From: Candidatus Woesebacteria bacterium | GTDB lineage: Bacteria > Patescibacteriota > Microgenomatia > UBA1400 > UBA12028 | Assembly (NCBI GenBank): GCA_040006915.1 | Contig: JBDTWD010000004.1 | Location: 1,033-65,032, forward strand | Direction: 5' to 3' | DNA length: 64,000 nt | Shown here: positions 9,755 to 18,701 of the stretch, piece after piece | How the letters are laid out: each line of letters begins with the position of its first letter | How positions within the stretch are numbered: the first letter of the stretch is position 1 | The notes under the pieces: model-generated | Told to the model about the DNA's origin: nothing | What the model saw: the letters and a program-made list of their open reading frames with translations, nothing else | The model's database searches: none | Position numbers and translations under genes: made by a program

Positions 9755-10600
9755 CTAATGAGCCACGAGACCAATAAGTTTGGCCGCCTCCACAAATCCC
9801 CAAATCGCTAAAGCTACAAACGCAATGCTTCCTACAAAGGAAATAATTGGATTTTTGACGACTTGAATGGTTCGATTCGGCGAGAGGAACAAAAAGATAT
9901 TAAGAATCATATGTCCAATGAAGACTCCAATTGCAAAACCAAACACATTCACAATATTAAAAAGCGGAATGTAGCCAGCAAAGTCATCAAGACCGAGGAT
10001 GAAAGGAATAGAAAAAGCTAAGATAAAAAGCCCACGATATCCTTTTTCTCCATTATCCTGTATGGAAAGAGATGGAATCAGACGATTAAGTACCGGTGCC
10101 ACCGCTTTATTAATACTAGAAAGCGTTTTTTCCAAAAGGTGAGCTGTACCTCCAAAAGACAGTTTATATTTCCCCTCTTCATCTTTGACGTGTTCAAGTC
10201 CTTCTTCTGCGAGTCGAAGCAATACAAAAGCCGCAACAGTGATCATAATTGCCATTAAAAATCTCACTTCTCTAAAAATATCCCAGATAAACAGTATCGC
10301 TAATGTTCCTAATGCATTGCCTAAGGCTGTCCCAATCTCAATCATTATTCTATTTTTCCATCCTTGATATTTACTCATTAATCGTCCGATAAAGATGGCA
10401 AAATCAATCGACGTTTTCAAATAAATAGTAATCCCAACGAAGACATCAGCTAATCGGATATGAAGCTTGATAAGTTCTCGAGTAAAAGCAAAGAAATTCA
10501 AAGCTAAAATTTCTCCAAACAAGATAAAAATCGCTATGCCACATACCACAAAAGTGAGAACGAGAGGAACAAGTTGGTCTGGAAAAAAACGGGTCCGCAT
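9755..10600 (-). CDS. Polytopic membrane protein with an internal repeat
   Basis: 281 aa with about 8 TM helices. It carries two similar motifs (…KTSIDFAIFIG… and …ILGLDDFAGYIPLF…) that suggest a duplicated transporter-like fold. The family was not resolved. Confidence 0.4.
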   Translation of the reverse strand: MRTRFFPDQLVPLVLTFVVCGIAIFILFGEILALNFFAFTRELIKLHIRLADVFVGITIYLKTSIDFAIFIGRLMSKYQGWKNRIMIEIGTALGNALGTLAILFIWDIFREVRFLMAIMITVAAFVLLRLAEEGLEHVKDEEGKYKLSFGGTAHLLEKTLSSINKAVAPVLNRLIPSLSIQDNGEKGYRGLFILAFSIPFILGLDDFAGYIPLFNIVNVFGFAIGVFIGHMILNIFLFLSPNRTIQVVKNPIISFVGSIAFVALAIWGFVEAAKLIGLVAH

Positions 10601-11079
10601 TATGAAGAGTCTCTGGTAGAAAAAGCAAAGGTAAGTCCAATTGCAATTGCATCAATTGTATCATCCAGTACCTCATCAGGGATATTTTTGATTTGCATTC
10701 GCACCATTTTTTCTACTCCTTTTTTGTCCGCTTGCCCATCTCCAGTGACAGCTGATTTTATCTGCGGAGGGGTATATTCATGAATATCGAGTACGTGTTG
10801 TTTGGCAGCCAGAAGAATTACTCCTCTCCCCTCCGCTACTCCGATTACTGTTTTTGCATTATTGGAGAAAAACAAAGATTCAATCGCAAGAACAGTTGGC
10901 GAGTACTGACCAATAACTACTGTTAACTGTTCATGAATGCTTTGTAATCTCTCTGCATTCGAAGCTTTTTTATCTGTAAGAATACAGTCACATGAGGTAA
11001 GAGAAATATTCCCTTTATGTTTGGAGAGAATTGCCCAACCTATTCTGTCATACCCAGGATCAACACCAAGAATTATCAT
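10600..11079 (-). CDS. ruvC: Crossover junction endodeoxyribonuclease RuvC
   Basis: MIILGVDPGYDRIGWAIL… is the canonical RuvC N-terminus with the catalytic Asp, and the RNase H-like fold motifs (…DAIAIGL…) are present. Start set at 11079; the ORF extends to 11106. Confidence 0.8.
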   Translation of the reverse strand: MIILGVDPGYDRIGWAILSKHKGNISLTSCDCILTDKKASNAERLQSIHEQLTVVIGQYSPTVLAIESLFFSNNAKTVIGVAEGRGVILLAAKQHVLDIHEYTPPQIKSAVTGDGQADKKGVEKMVRMQIKNIPDEVLDDTIDAIAIGLTFAFSTRDSS

Positions 11080-11089
11080 ACGATTTACT

Positions 11090-12235
11090 CTATTGTTTCT
11101 TGCCAAACTTATCTACAAGTATTGAGAGCATGTTGGTGGCACTTTCTTCCCAAGAAAATCGTTTAGCCCACTCAAGCATTTGAGAGCGTCGCAGAGCGTC
11201 TACATTCATTTCTAGAGCCTTGGTAAACCCACTGGCAATACTATCAACCGAATACGGATCAATTAAAATTCCATACTCTCCGACCACCTCTGGAAGGCTT
11301 GCGGTATTTGCAACGACCGGAACAACTCCAGCTTGTAGGCTCTCAATTGCAGGAATGCCAAATCCCTCATAGTAACCCACTAAGAAACTTGCAGCTGCGT
11401 GTTGAAGCAGTCCTTGTTTTTCATCGTCATCCACAAATCCAGTCAAAACGATATTTTCTTTCTGCGGACTGTTGAGAATAATTCGCTCGAATTCGTCAGT
11501 CAACCATCCGGCTTTCCCAACTAGAACAAGTTTGTAGATATTCCCCTTCTCGGGATTTACTTTCTCAAAGGCATGAATTGCTCCGACTATGTTTTTACGC
11601 GGTTGGATGGTTCCAATGGAAACGATATACCGACGGTTTTCAAGTTTAAACCGTTCTAAAATTTTTTGAGTGATCGGATCCATTGTTTCAAGGGCTTGAA
11701 CACTTTCAAGTCCAGGATAAGCAATTGATACTTCTGATTCTTGTTTCTTATACACCTCAAGAATATCTTTTTTGCTACTCTGTGAAATCGTAAAGATATG
11801 TTGTGCGTTTCTGGCGCTATATGCAGTCCAATTTTTGAGTTGATAGAGATCTTTTTTAAGAAAAAACTGTGGAAACTTCAGGAATGCTAAGTCTAAAATA
11901 CAGATGACAGTGGGAGAAGGACAAAATCTCGGTGAGTAATGTCCTAAAGATAAAAACACGTCATGATGTTTATTCTTTAGGTAGAGTTGTAAAGGTAATC
12001 GCCATTGAGACCATAGTTTCTTGGGAGGGCACACGACATAGGCAAAACCTGGACGTTCTTTCGGAAGATCAAAAAGTGGAATACTGGGAAGATAGACTGT
12101 CCATTCAATCGTTTTTCCTCTGGAAACTCGCTCAAGTTCAACCAGAAGCCGGAAGGCATATTGATTGCTCCCGACGCGTTTGGCTACGTTTGCTTCGTAT
12201 GCGTTCACTCCAATGGAAAGGGATTTTTGTTCCAT
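11090..12235 (-). CDS. GT4 glycosyltransferase
   Basis: …EGFGIPAIESLQAGVVPVVANTASLPEVVG… Glycos_transf_1 motif. Confidence 0.8.
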   Translation of the reverse strand: MEQKSLSIGVNAYEANVAKRVGSNQYAFRLLVELERVSRGKTIEWTVYLPSIPLFDLPKERPGFAYVVCPPKKLWSQWRLPLQLYLKNKHHDVFLSLGHYSPRFCPSPTVICILDLAFLKFPQFFLKKDLYQLKNWTAYSARNAQHIFTISQSSKKDILEVYKKQESEVSIAYPGLESVQALETMDPITQKILERFKLENRRYIVSIGTIQPRKNIVGAIHAFEKVNPEKGNIYKLVLVGKAGWLTDEFERIILNSPQKENIVLTGFVDDDEKQGLLQHAAASFLVGYYEGFGIPAIESLQAGVVPVVANTASLPEVVGEYGILIDPYSVDSIASGFTKALEMNVDALRRSQMLEWAKRFSWEESATNMLSILVDKFGKKQ

Positions 12236-12271
12236 GCCTTGATTGTACCTTAGCGCATGAAAAAAAGTTAC

Positions 12272-13396
12272 TCAAGCTCTTCCGTTTTTGGCTTTTCGGT
12301 AGACTTCAAGTGTCATCTCAGCACTTTTTTTCCAGCTAAAAGAGCCAAGACGTTCCTTCATTTTTTTTTGTTTTGCAGGGAGTTTTCCTTTTTCCAGCAT
12401 TTCGGTAATTCCTTGTTTGATTGAATCCACATCGCTCGGGTCTACCAGGAACGCAGCGTCGGCTGATACTTCCGACATTGATGAGGTGTTACTCGTCACA
12501 ACTGGGCAGCCATATTGAAAAGCTTCTAGGATAGGTAATCCAAATCCTTCATACAGTGATGGGAAAACCAGTCCACTAGAAGTGGCATACAAAGCAGCCA
12601 ACTCCGTCATTCCGACTCCTCCCAACTTCTTGATGCCCTGTTCAGGTTTCACTTGATCTAAGCCAGCAGAACCTACCAGGACCAAATCATAGTCTTTCTT
12701 AAAAGCTCTCCAACTTTCGATGATGCGGTCCAAGTTTTTGCGCGGCTCATTCACTCCAACCCAGAGCATATAAGGCCGCGTGAGTCCAAACTTCTTCAGC
12801 TCATGGGAAGCGATGAGAGTCTTCTTATCGAATACAATTTCTGACGGCACCGCTTCAGGGACGACGTGAATATGATCCTCAGGGAAAGAAAACAGTTCCA
12901 ATAAATCGCGTTTTGTCGTTTGACTGACTGCGATGACATGAGATTTGGTCTCAAGCAAACGTTTCAGTGCCAGGGTGTGTTTCTCTTTTGTCTGTGGATG
13001 GGCAATCATTTCAAATTTAAATAAAGCCAAGTCGTGAATCGTCGCGACAGTTGGGGTTTTATAGGTTGGAGGAATTAATTCTTCCCAAGCATGAAACACA
13101 TCGACTTTTTCCATCAAGCTCTCAATTGATAATCGCTTGGCTGAATACCACATGGTTTTTAAGAAAGACGGTGGAAAAGCTAAGACGGTAGGCTTACTCT
13201 TTACATGTGCTTCACTTGCTAAGTCGAGAGCCATGGTTTTTAGACTGCGGTTAGCGCGAAATGATGAACCGAACAGACGAAGTTCTGGTGGCTCAGATAA
13301 GTTTCCCAAAGCTCTGACAATATTACTGGTATACCGAGACACACCTCGGTTATACAAGATAGGGGTCACATCAAATCCGATTTTAAGAGGTGGCAT
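12272..13396 (-). CDS. GT4 glycosyltransferase
   Basis: …EGFGLPILEAFQYGCPVVTSNTSSMSEV…. Start set at MPPLKIGFDV (13396), which removes a 47 nt overlap; the ORF extends to 13456. Confidence 0.8.
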   Translation of the reverse strand: MPPLKIGFDVTPILYNRGVSRYTSNIVRALGNLSEPPELRLFGSSFRANRSLKTMALDLASEAHVKSKPTVLAFPPSFLKTMWYSAKRLSIESLMEKVDVFHAWEELIPPTYKTPTVATIHDLALFKFEMIAHPQTKEKHTLALKRLLETKSHVIAVSQTTKRDLLELFSFPEDHIHVVPEAVPSEIVFDKKTLIASHELKKFGLTRPYMLWVGVNEPRKNLDRIIESWRAFKKDYDLVLVGSAGLDQVKPEQGIKKLGGVGMTELAALYATSSGLVFPSLYEGFGLPILEAFQYGCPVVTSNTSSMSEVSADAAFLVDPSDVDSIKQGITEMLEKGKLPAKQKKMKERLGSFSWKKSAEMTLEVYRKAKNGRA

Positions 13397-13409
13397 AGTT
13401 TTTCTTATC

Positions 13410-14798
13410 TTACAGCTTTTTAAAAATTCGCACAAACCCAACTTGTTTCCCATCAATAAGCGCTATTTGCTCAAATCCCCGATCATTGAGAGTCGCCTGC
13501 AATTGATGAGCTGGATCGGTCAGATCAGTCAGGTAGTCAAATAGGTATACTATACTGACAGAATCAAGCTGAGAGGAAACTGAAGAAAGATCAGTAGCCT
13601 GATCAATTCGAATTTTTCCAGTCACGATTACTGGTATTTTTTTATCCTCATACCAAGTCCAAGGAGCAAACGGTTGTCGAAATGAGAAAAGCACCGCTGC
13701 ATTCTCGGGTGACTGCATTTCGATTTGGGATGTCACGACTCGCCAGTTTTCTCGTTGTATATTTTGGTCCGTGTAATACAGAAACAAAGAAACTCCCTGT
13801 AGCAAAAAGACCAATATGACGATCACTTTCCATAATTTCTTTCGCTCTAGACTGATGATTCCAAGCAATGCCGGTAATCCCAACATTACTCGTTTGGCCT
13901 GGATGATCGGAATGAAAAAAGAAACAATCCAAGATCCTAGAAGGGGAATAATCAACCAGTACCAGAACAGTTTAAGCTTCGGATTTCGAACTGATTGAAG
14001 ACAAAGCCAAGCAGTTAACAGCAGGATCATTGCGGTACTTAGAATAAAGAACGGATGCCCATGAAACGGAACTTGTCCGACAAAAAACTTTGCCAAGATT
14101 AAGGGTAAGGCTTTCAGTTGTGGTGTTGCCACGGCCAAGCTCCACCCTGGGAGAGATTGAGTCAAAGTGGTGCCAGCCTGTAGCTGTAATAAAAAAGTTG
14201 GTAACCAAGGGAGAAAGAGCAAAGCTACAATTGTTTGAGAAAACACTACAAATTTTATTTTTTTCCGTTGTTCAAACCAGATATATACAATCTGTGAGGC
14301 AATAAGAAAAGGATACAGATACATGGTATACATGCCCAACGTCGAAACCACTGTGTACCACGTCCATCTCCTCTTTTTGATCGTTTCAGACACTAAGATA
14401 TACCAGGAGAGTGTGGCAAAAAATGTCGCGAGCGCATACGGACGTAGTTCCTGACTGTAAAAAATGTGAAATGGTGAGGTCGCAAGCAGGAGTGAGCCGA
14501 TAATTGCGGTTTTCTTGCCAAATTTTTCCAGCAATAAACGATACAAAATCCAAATAGTAGCGATTCCTGCGATCATGCTTGGCATTCGAAGCCACCACTC
14601 TTGATGAGACACTAGAGAGAAGAAATGCACAATCAGATGAAATAACGGTGGTTGGAAGTCATCTACAATTTGTAACTGAGCAGAAAGCGGTCGAATTGAT
14701 TCCAAAGCTTGTGCTGCTTCATCAAGCCAAAAAGATCCTGAGAGCAGCGGCAGTCTCAAAAGAAAAGCTAGTACGAGAATAAAAAAGGATGTTATCAT
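13410..14798 (-). CDS. GT-C membrane glycosyltransferase, PMT_2/ArnT-like (GT39/GT83-type)
   Basis: N-terminal loop SGSFWLDEAAQALESIRP carries the DE motif typical of lipid-P-sugar-dependent GT-C enzymes. 462 aa with many TM helices. Confidence 0.55.
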   Translation of the reverse strand: MITSFFILVLAFLLRLPLLSGSFWLDEAAQALESIRPLSAQLQIVDDFQPPLFHLIVHFFSLVSHQEWWLRMPSMIAGIATIWILYRLLLEKFGKKTAIIGSLLLATSPFHIFYSQELRPYALATFFATLSWYILVSETIKKRRWTWYTVVSTLGMYTMYLYPFLIASQIVYIWFEQRKKIKFVVFSQTIVALLFLPWLPTFLLQLQAGTTLTQSLPGWSLAVATPQLKALPLILAKFFVGQVPFHGHPFFILSTAMILLLTAWLCLQSVRNPKLKLFWYWLIIPLLGSWIVSFFIPIIQAKRVMLGLPALLGIISLERKKLWKVIVILVFLLQGVSLFLYYTDQNIQRENWRVVTSQIEMQSPENAAVLFSFRQPFAPWTWYEDKKIPVIVTGKIRIDQATDLSSVSSQLDSVSIVYLFDYLTDLTDPAHQLQATLNDRGFEQIALIDGKQVGFVRIFKKL

Positions 14799-14804
14799 CA
14801 GGCA

Positions 14805-15791
14805 ATGAATTCATTCTACCAAGGAAAAACTGTTCTGGTTACTGGTGCAGCGGGCTTTATAGGTTCGCATCTCACCGATGCACTGCTCTCTCGAGGAGCA
14901 ATTGTATATGGAGTGGATAATTTCATTACCGGAAACAAAAGAAACATTGTTCACTTAGCAGATAATGCAAATTTTCATTTTATCGAAGCTGATGTAACTG
15001 GCGCCCCTGAATCCTACCTTTCATCACTATCCTCTCCACTATCTTGCGTGTTCCACTTAGCTTCTCCTGCTTCTCCAAATGGATATCAAGCCCATCCTGT
15101 GGAAACATATCTAGTAAATAGTATAGGAACACATAACCTCCTACAGTTTTTGGTTGAGAAACATCAAGACGCACGTTTTCTCTATACCAGTACCTCTGAA
15201 AGCTATGGCGACCCGCTAGAACATCCGCAAAAAGAGACTTACTGGGGCAATGTAAATCCCAATGGGCCACGCAGTATGTACGATGAGGGCAAACGCTTAG
15301 GGGAAACGATTTGTGGAGTTCATGTACGCAGTTTCAATATTGATTGTCGAATCGCACGCATCTTTAATACGTACGGACCACGCATGGATATCAATGATGG
15401 CCGCGTTATTCCAGGATTTGTGAAATCACTCTTAGAGAACACTCCACTCCAAATTCACGGCGGTGGAACACAAACTCGATCATTCTGTTTTGTTTCTGAT
15501 CTTGTCTCGGGTCTTCTTAGCCTTATGGAAGTTGATAGCATTGCAGGAGAGACTATTAATCTTGGAAATCCTCACGAAATTACAATACTGACACTCGCTC
15601 AAAAATTGAGTGAAATTGCACACATTCCTTTGCAGACAACGAATACGCCATCGCGAGCTGATGATCCAAATCGACGATGTCCAGATATTACGAAAGCCAA
15701 AAATCTTTTGAGTTGGGAACCAAAAGTTGATTTGGAAACAGGTCTTACAGAAACGTTCGCTTTTTACTCCAAACCAGAAAAGAAACAATAA
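14805..15791 (+). CDS. uxs: UDP-glucuronate decarboxylase (UDP-xylose synthase)
   Basis: Near-collinear match to the UXS1 core: VTGAAGFIGSHLTD…VDNFITGNKRN…HLASPASP…TSTSESYGDPLEHPQKETYWGNVNPNGPRSMYDEGKRLGE…RIFNTYGPRM…NDGRVI…. Confidence 0.82.
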   Translation: MNSFYQGKTVLVTGAAGFIGSHLTDALLSRGAIVYGVDNFITGNKRNIVHLADNANFHFIEADVTGAPESYLSSLSSPLSCVFHLASPASPNGYQAHPVETYLVNSIGTHNLLQFLVEKHQDARFLYTSTSESYGDPLEHPQKETYWGNVNPNGPRSMYDEGKRLGETICGVHVRSFNIDCRIARIFNTYGPRMDINDGRVIPGFVKSLLENTPLQIHGGGTQTRSFCFVSDLVSGLLSLMEVDSIAGETINLGNPHEITILTLAQKLSEIAHIPLQTTNTPSRADDPNRRCPDITKAKNLLSWEPKVDLETGLTETFAFYSKPEKKQ

Positions 15792-17979
15792 AGCCCAGAG
15801 TGGTAAGAGAAATTAGCATTCCTGTCTTCAAAGACTTTGGCCAGTACTGTACAGCAATATTATTACTTCCCTGTTCTAACCGGATTTTTCGCATTCCGTT
15901 TTGATTTTCGATATTGATTGGTTTTCCATTTACTATTGCTTCCCAGTTTGAATCAAAACGGTCAGCAATGAGAAGGTTTGAATCTGACTGTGCATTTTGA
16001 ATCTGAATTTTCTGAACATTTGGAGTCTCACTAATATTTTCTTTCGAAACCAGTGTCCCGTTGTCCAACCGGAATCGTGAGGTTTCAGGAAGTGCATAAA
16101 GTATTGCCGTATCTTTTTTGTCTAAGATCGGAAGATTGGGAGTTGGATGGGGAAACCAAGTATCAACTAAAAATCCTGAGACTCCCCACTCTTTTAACTT
16201 TGGATCATTTACATCAATCTCAGACAAGAAGTTGACGGCAGGATCAGAATTTTTGTTCCAATGCTCATTAACATCTTTGGGCACAAACGCCACATACCCA
16301 TTTAAGCTGTTCACGCCATAGACCATGTTCCAGTCAGGAGTATACATATCTTTGATACGCTTCAAATTGGTATAGGATCTCATTTCCTTTGCATCGATAT
16401 ACGAATCGGAGAATGGAGCTCGAACGCTTAAAGCCTCCCAATACGTAGCAAAATCCGTATATGGCTGGTTACTGTTATTAATCAATATTCGATTCGATGA
16501 GTGAGCTTGCTGTTGCTCAATTTCTGACCAAGTTGGATAAATGCTGTTTGGAGCAAAGAACAAAAGAGAAGAGGTTGAAAATTGCATTTCAATAACAAGG
16601 AGAATCAAAAGGAATTTTACATACTTTTTCTGGTACAGGAAAAGCCCAATTCCCAAAAATAATAAATGAATACATATAATTGTAACGATATGATCGAAAA
16701 TGATTTGATCTTTCGCTATAGTGTGAAACGTACTGGTACTCAGCTTCTGATGCAGTGCTCCGTCAGTGACTTTCCAAACTTCTGCAAAACGTCTATCTGC
16801 TCCAATTCGCAATGCAAGGAATGCGACGGCACATAACAATATTGCACCTATCCATTTTTTTGAGAGTGATACCGTGCGCACACGTGTAAGCAGGTCGGCA
16901 ATCCATATACTAGCTATCACATCAACAATCACTAAGGCTAGTTGCGGTCCTCGAGAAGCTTTAAACAAAGGAATGATTGCTTGGATGAGTTGAAAGAATG
17001 GAAAAATGCTCGCGAACGCATAGAGAATTGGGAGTACGCAAAGGCATAAGAAAAAAAGATCCTGTTTCGTTTGCTTCTTTTGTAGAAGCATTAATACAAA
17101 CAGAAAGATTCCAATCCAGGGAAGATATGGAACGGTGGTTCCTGATGCATTCCAGACTGGTCCCCATTTCATGCCTGATTGAGGATCGGCAAAAAAAGTA
17201 GGCAGTATAAATGAAAGCAAATCCGGTATGTGTAGTCCTCCAATGGAAGCTTGTGTTGTTGTTTGGAGCGTCCGGGTGGAGCTTTGCAAATTTTCTACAA
17301 AAGGAAGCAATGCAAATGCAGTCAAACCAATTGCCATACTCCCTATACAAATCCAGGACAGTGTCCAACTTTTCCAATTGGCTTTTTGAAAGGAAAGTAA
17401 CGCTGCCAGAGCTATCACATAGGGGATAAACTGAGGATATCCACCAAGAAGCATAAGAGCAGTCAGTACTGCTGTAATCATTATCCCAAACGGTTTCTTT
17501 CGAAAGGATATAGCACAATACAATACCCACGGAATCAGACTCACTGATTGAAGTACCGTAAGGTTATTCAAGCTGCCACTCACAGTGGCAGAAAACACCC
17601 ACACCGTTGCGGCGATCAAACCTCCCGACTGTGACGCTAAAAAACGACGAGCAAAAAAATACATTCCTGCAAACGTTAAAACACTATAAAAAAGGATTGT
17701 GAAGTTAAACGCTAACACTGGGGATAAAAACCAGAAAAAAAGTGTTGAAGCCGAAAAAAAAGATTGATTAATATCTCCAATCCAAGAGATGCCAGTAAGG
17801 AGGTACGGATTCCACAAAGGGAAAATTCTTTGTCGTAGCCAATAAGCACTAAAAATTTTACCGGGAATAAGGAGTGAGTAGTTATCGCCAAAGAAAAGTG
17901 TTTTCCCTAACAGAAAGGGATAAAAGCGTGCGGTAATTGCTAGAATGCAGATTAAAAATAGTGTGTTATATTTCTTCAT
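15745..17979 (-). CDS. YfhO-like large GT-C membrane protein
   Basis: About 745 aa. N-terminal …LFFGDNYSLLIPGKIF…PLWNPYLLTGISWIGD… resembles the YfhO family; many TM helices plus a C-terminal extracytoplasmic domain of about 250 aa. Start possibly at MKKYNT (17979); the ORF extends to 18003. Confidence 0.45.
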   Translation of the reverse strand: MKKYNTLFLICILAITARFYPFLLGKTLFFGDNYSLLIPGKIFSAYWLRQRIFPLWNPYLLTGISWIGDINQSFFSASTLFFWFLSPVLAFNFTILFYSVLTFAGMYFFARRFLASQSGGLIAATVWVFSATVSGSLNNLTVLQSVSLIPWVLYCAISFRKKPFGIMITAVLTALMLLGGYPQFIPYVIALAALLSFQKANWKSWTLSWICIGSMAIGLTAFALLPFVENLQSSTRTLQTTTQASIGGLHIPDLLSFILPTFFADPQSGMKWGPVWNASGTTVPYLPWIGIFLFVLMLLQKKQTKQDLFFLCLCVLPILYAFASIFPFFQLIQAIIPLFKASRGPQLALVIVDVIASIWIADLLTRVRTVSLSKKWIGAILLCAVAFLALRIGADRRFAEVWKVTDGALHQKLSTSTFHTIAKDQIIFDHIVTIICIHLLFLGIGLFLYQKKYVKFLLILLVIEMQFSTSSLLFFAPNSIYPTWSEIEQQQAHSSNRILINNSNQPYTDFATYWEALSVRAPFSDSYIDAKEMRSYTNLKRIKDMYTPDWNMVYGVNSLNGYVAFVPKDVNEHWNKNSDPAVNFLSEIDVNDPKLKEWGVSGFLVDTWFPHPTPNLPILDKKDTAILYALPETSRFRLDNGTLVSKENISETPNVQKIQIQNAQSDSNLLIADRFDSNWEAIVNGKPINIENQNGMRKIRLEQGSNNIAVQYWPKSLKTGMLISLTTLGFIVSFLVWSKKRTFL

Positions 17980-17984
17980 ACTGT

Positions 17985-18698
17985 ATGAAAGATAAAAAAC
18001 CAACTTCCATTTCTATTGTCATTCCCGTGTACAACGAGGAAAAAACTCTCCCGATATTAATCGATGCTGTCAAAAAGAGTAACACCTTTGGGTTGAAAAA
18101 AGAAATAGTAGTCATTGATGATAGGTCTTCCGATGGAACGCTTGAGGTGTTAAAAAAAATAAAAGGGATTGTTTTCTATACACATGAAAAAAATGCTGGT
18201 AAGGGAGCTTCCCTACGAACAGGGTTTGCCAAAGCGACAGGTGACATTATTTTGGTTCAGGATGCAGATTTGGAATATACTCCTGAGGATTTTCCTCGAA
18301 TCTTAGAACCGTTTTTTAAATATGATGCAGATGCGGTAATTGGAACCAGATTCCGTGGTGATGGGGCTAGACGCGTTATATACTTTACCCATGAAATTGC
18401 CAATCACGCCCTCACGTTCTATTCAAACTTACTCACTAACTTAAATTTGACAGACATGGAGTGTGGATATAAAGCCTTCAAAAAAGAAATTATTGATCAA
18501 ATTACCCCAAAACTTGTCAGTAATCGTTTTGGTATCGAACCAGAGTTAATCGCTCGACTAGCCCAAATAAAAGGAATCATCTTGTACGAGGTTGGAATCA
18601 GCTATCATGGCCGTACATATGAAGAAGGAAAGAAGATTGGGATTATGGATGGACTCAAGGCAATTTACGAAATTACGAAATTTAATCTTTTTAGCTAA
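17985..18698 (+). CDS. GT2 polyprenol-phosphate glycosyltransferase (DPM1/Ppm1/GtrB-like)
   Basis: SISIVIPVYNEEKTL…VVIDDRSSDGT…LVQDADLEYTPEDF… is the DPM synthase-type catalytic domain. Start at MKDKK (17985); the ORF extends to 17937. Confidence 0.8.
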   Translation: MKDKKPTSISIVIPVYNEEKTLPILIDAVKKSNTFGLKKEIVVIDDRSSDGTLEVLKKIKGIVFYTHEKNAGKGASLRTGFAKATGDIILVQDADLEYTPEDFPRILEPFFKYDADAVIGTRFRGDGARRVIYFTHEIANHALTFYSNLLTNLNLTDMECGYKAFKKEIIDQITPKLVSNRFGIEPELIARLAQIKGIILYEVGISYHGRTYEEGKKIGIMDGLKAIYEITKFNLFS

Positions 18699-18701
18699 TC
18701 T

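Noticed and set aside
12361-12369. T9 homopolymer (A9 on the coding strand) near the 3' end of the GT4 gene at 12272..13396. Similar A8/T8 runs occur at 18161 and 52352.
   Set aside because: Poly-A/T runs encoding Lys-rich segments are common in low-GC genomes, so this is not strong evidence for phase variation. The G7 tract in wecB-wecC is rarer and is the one I report.
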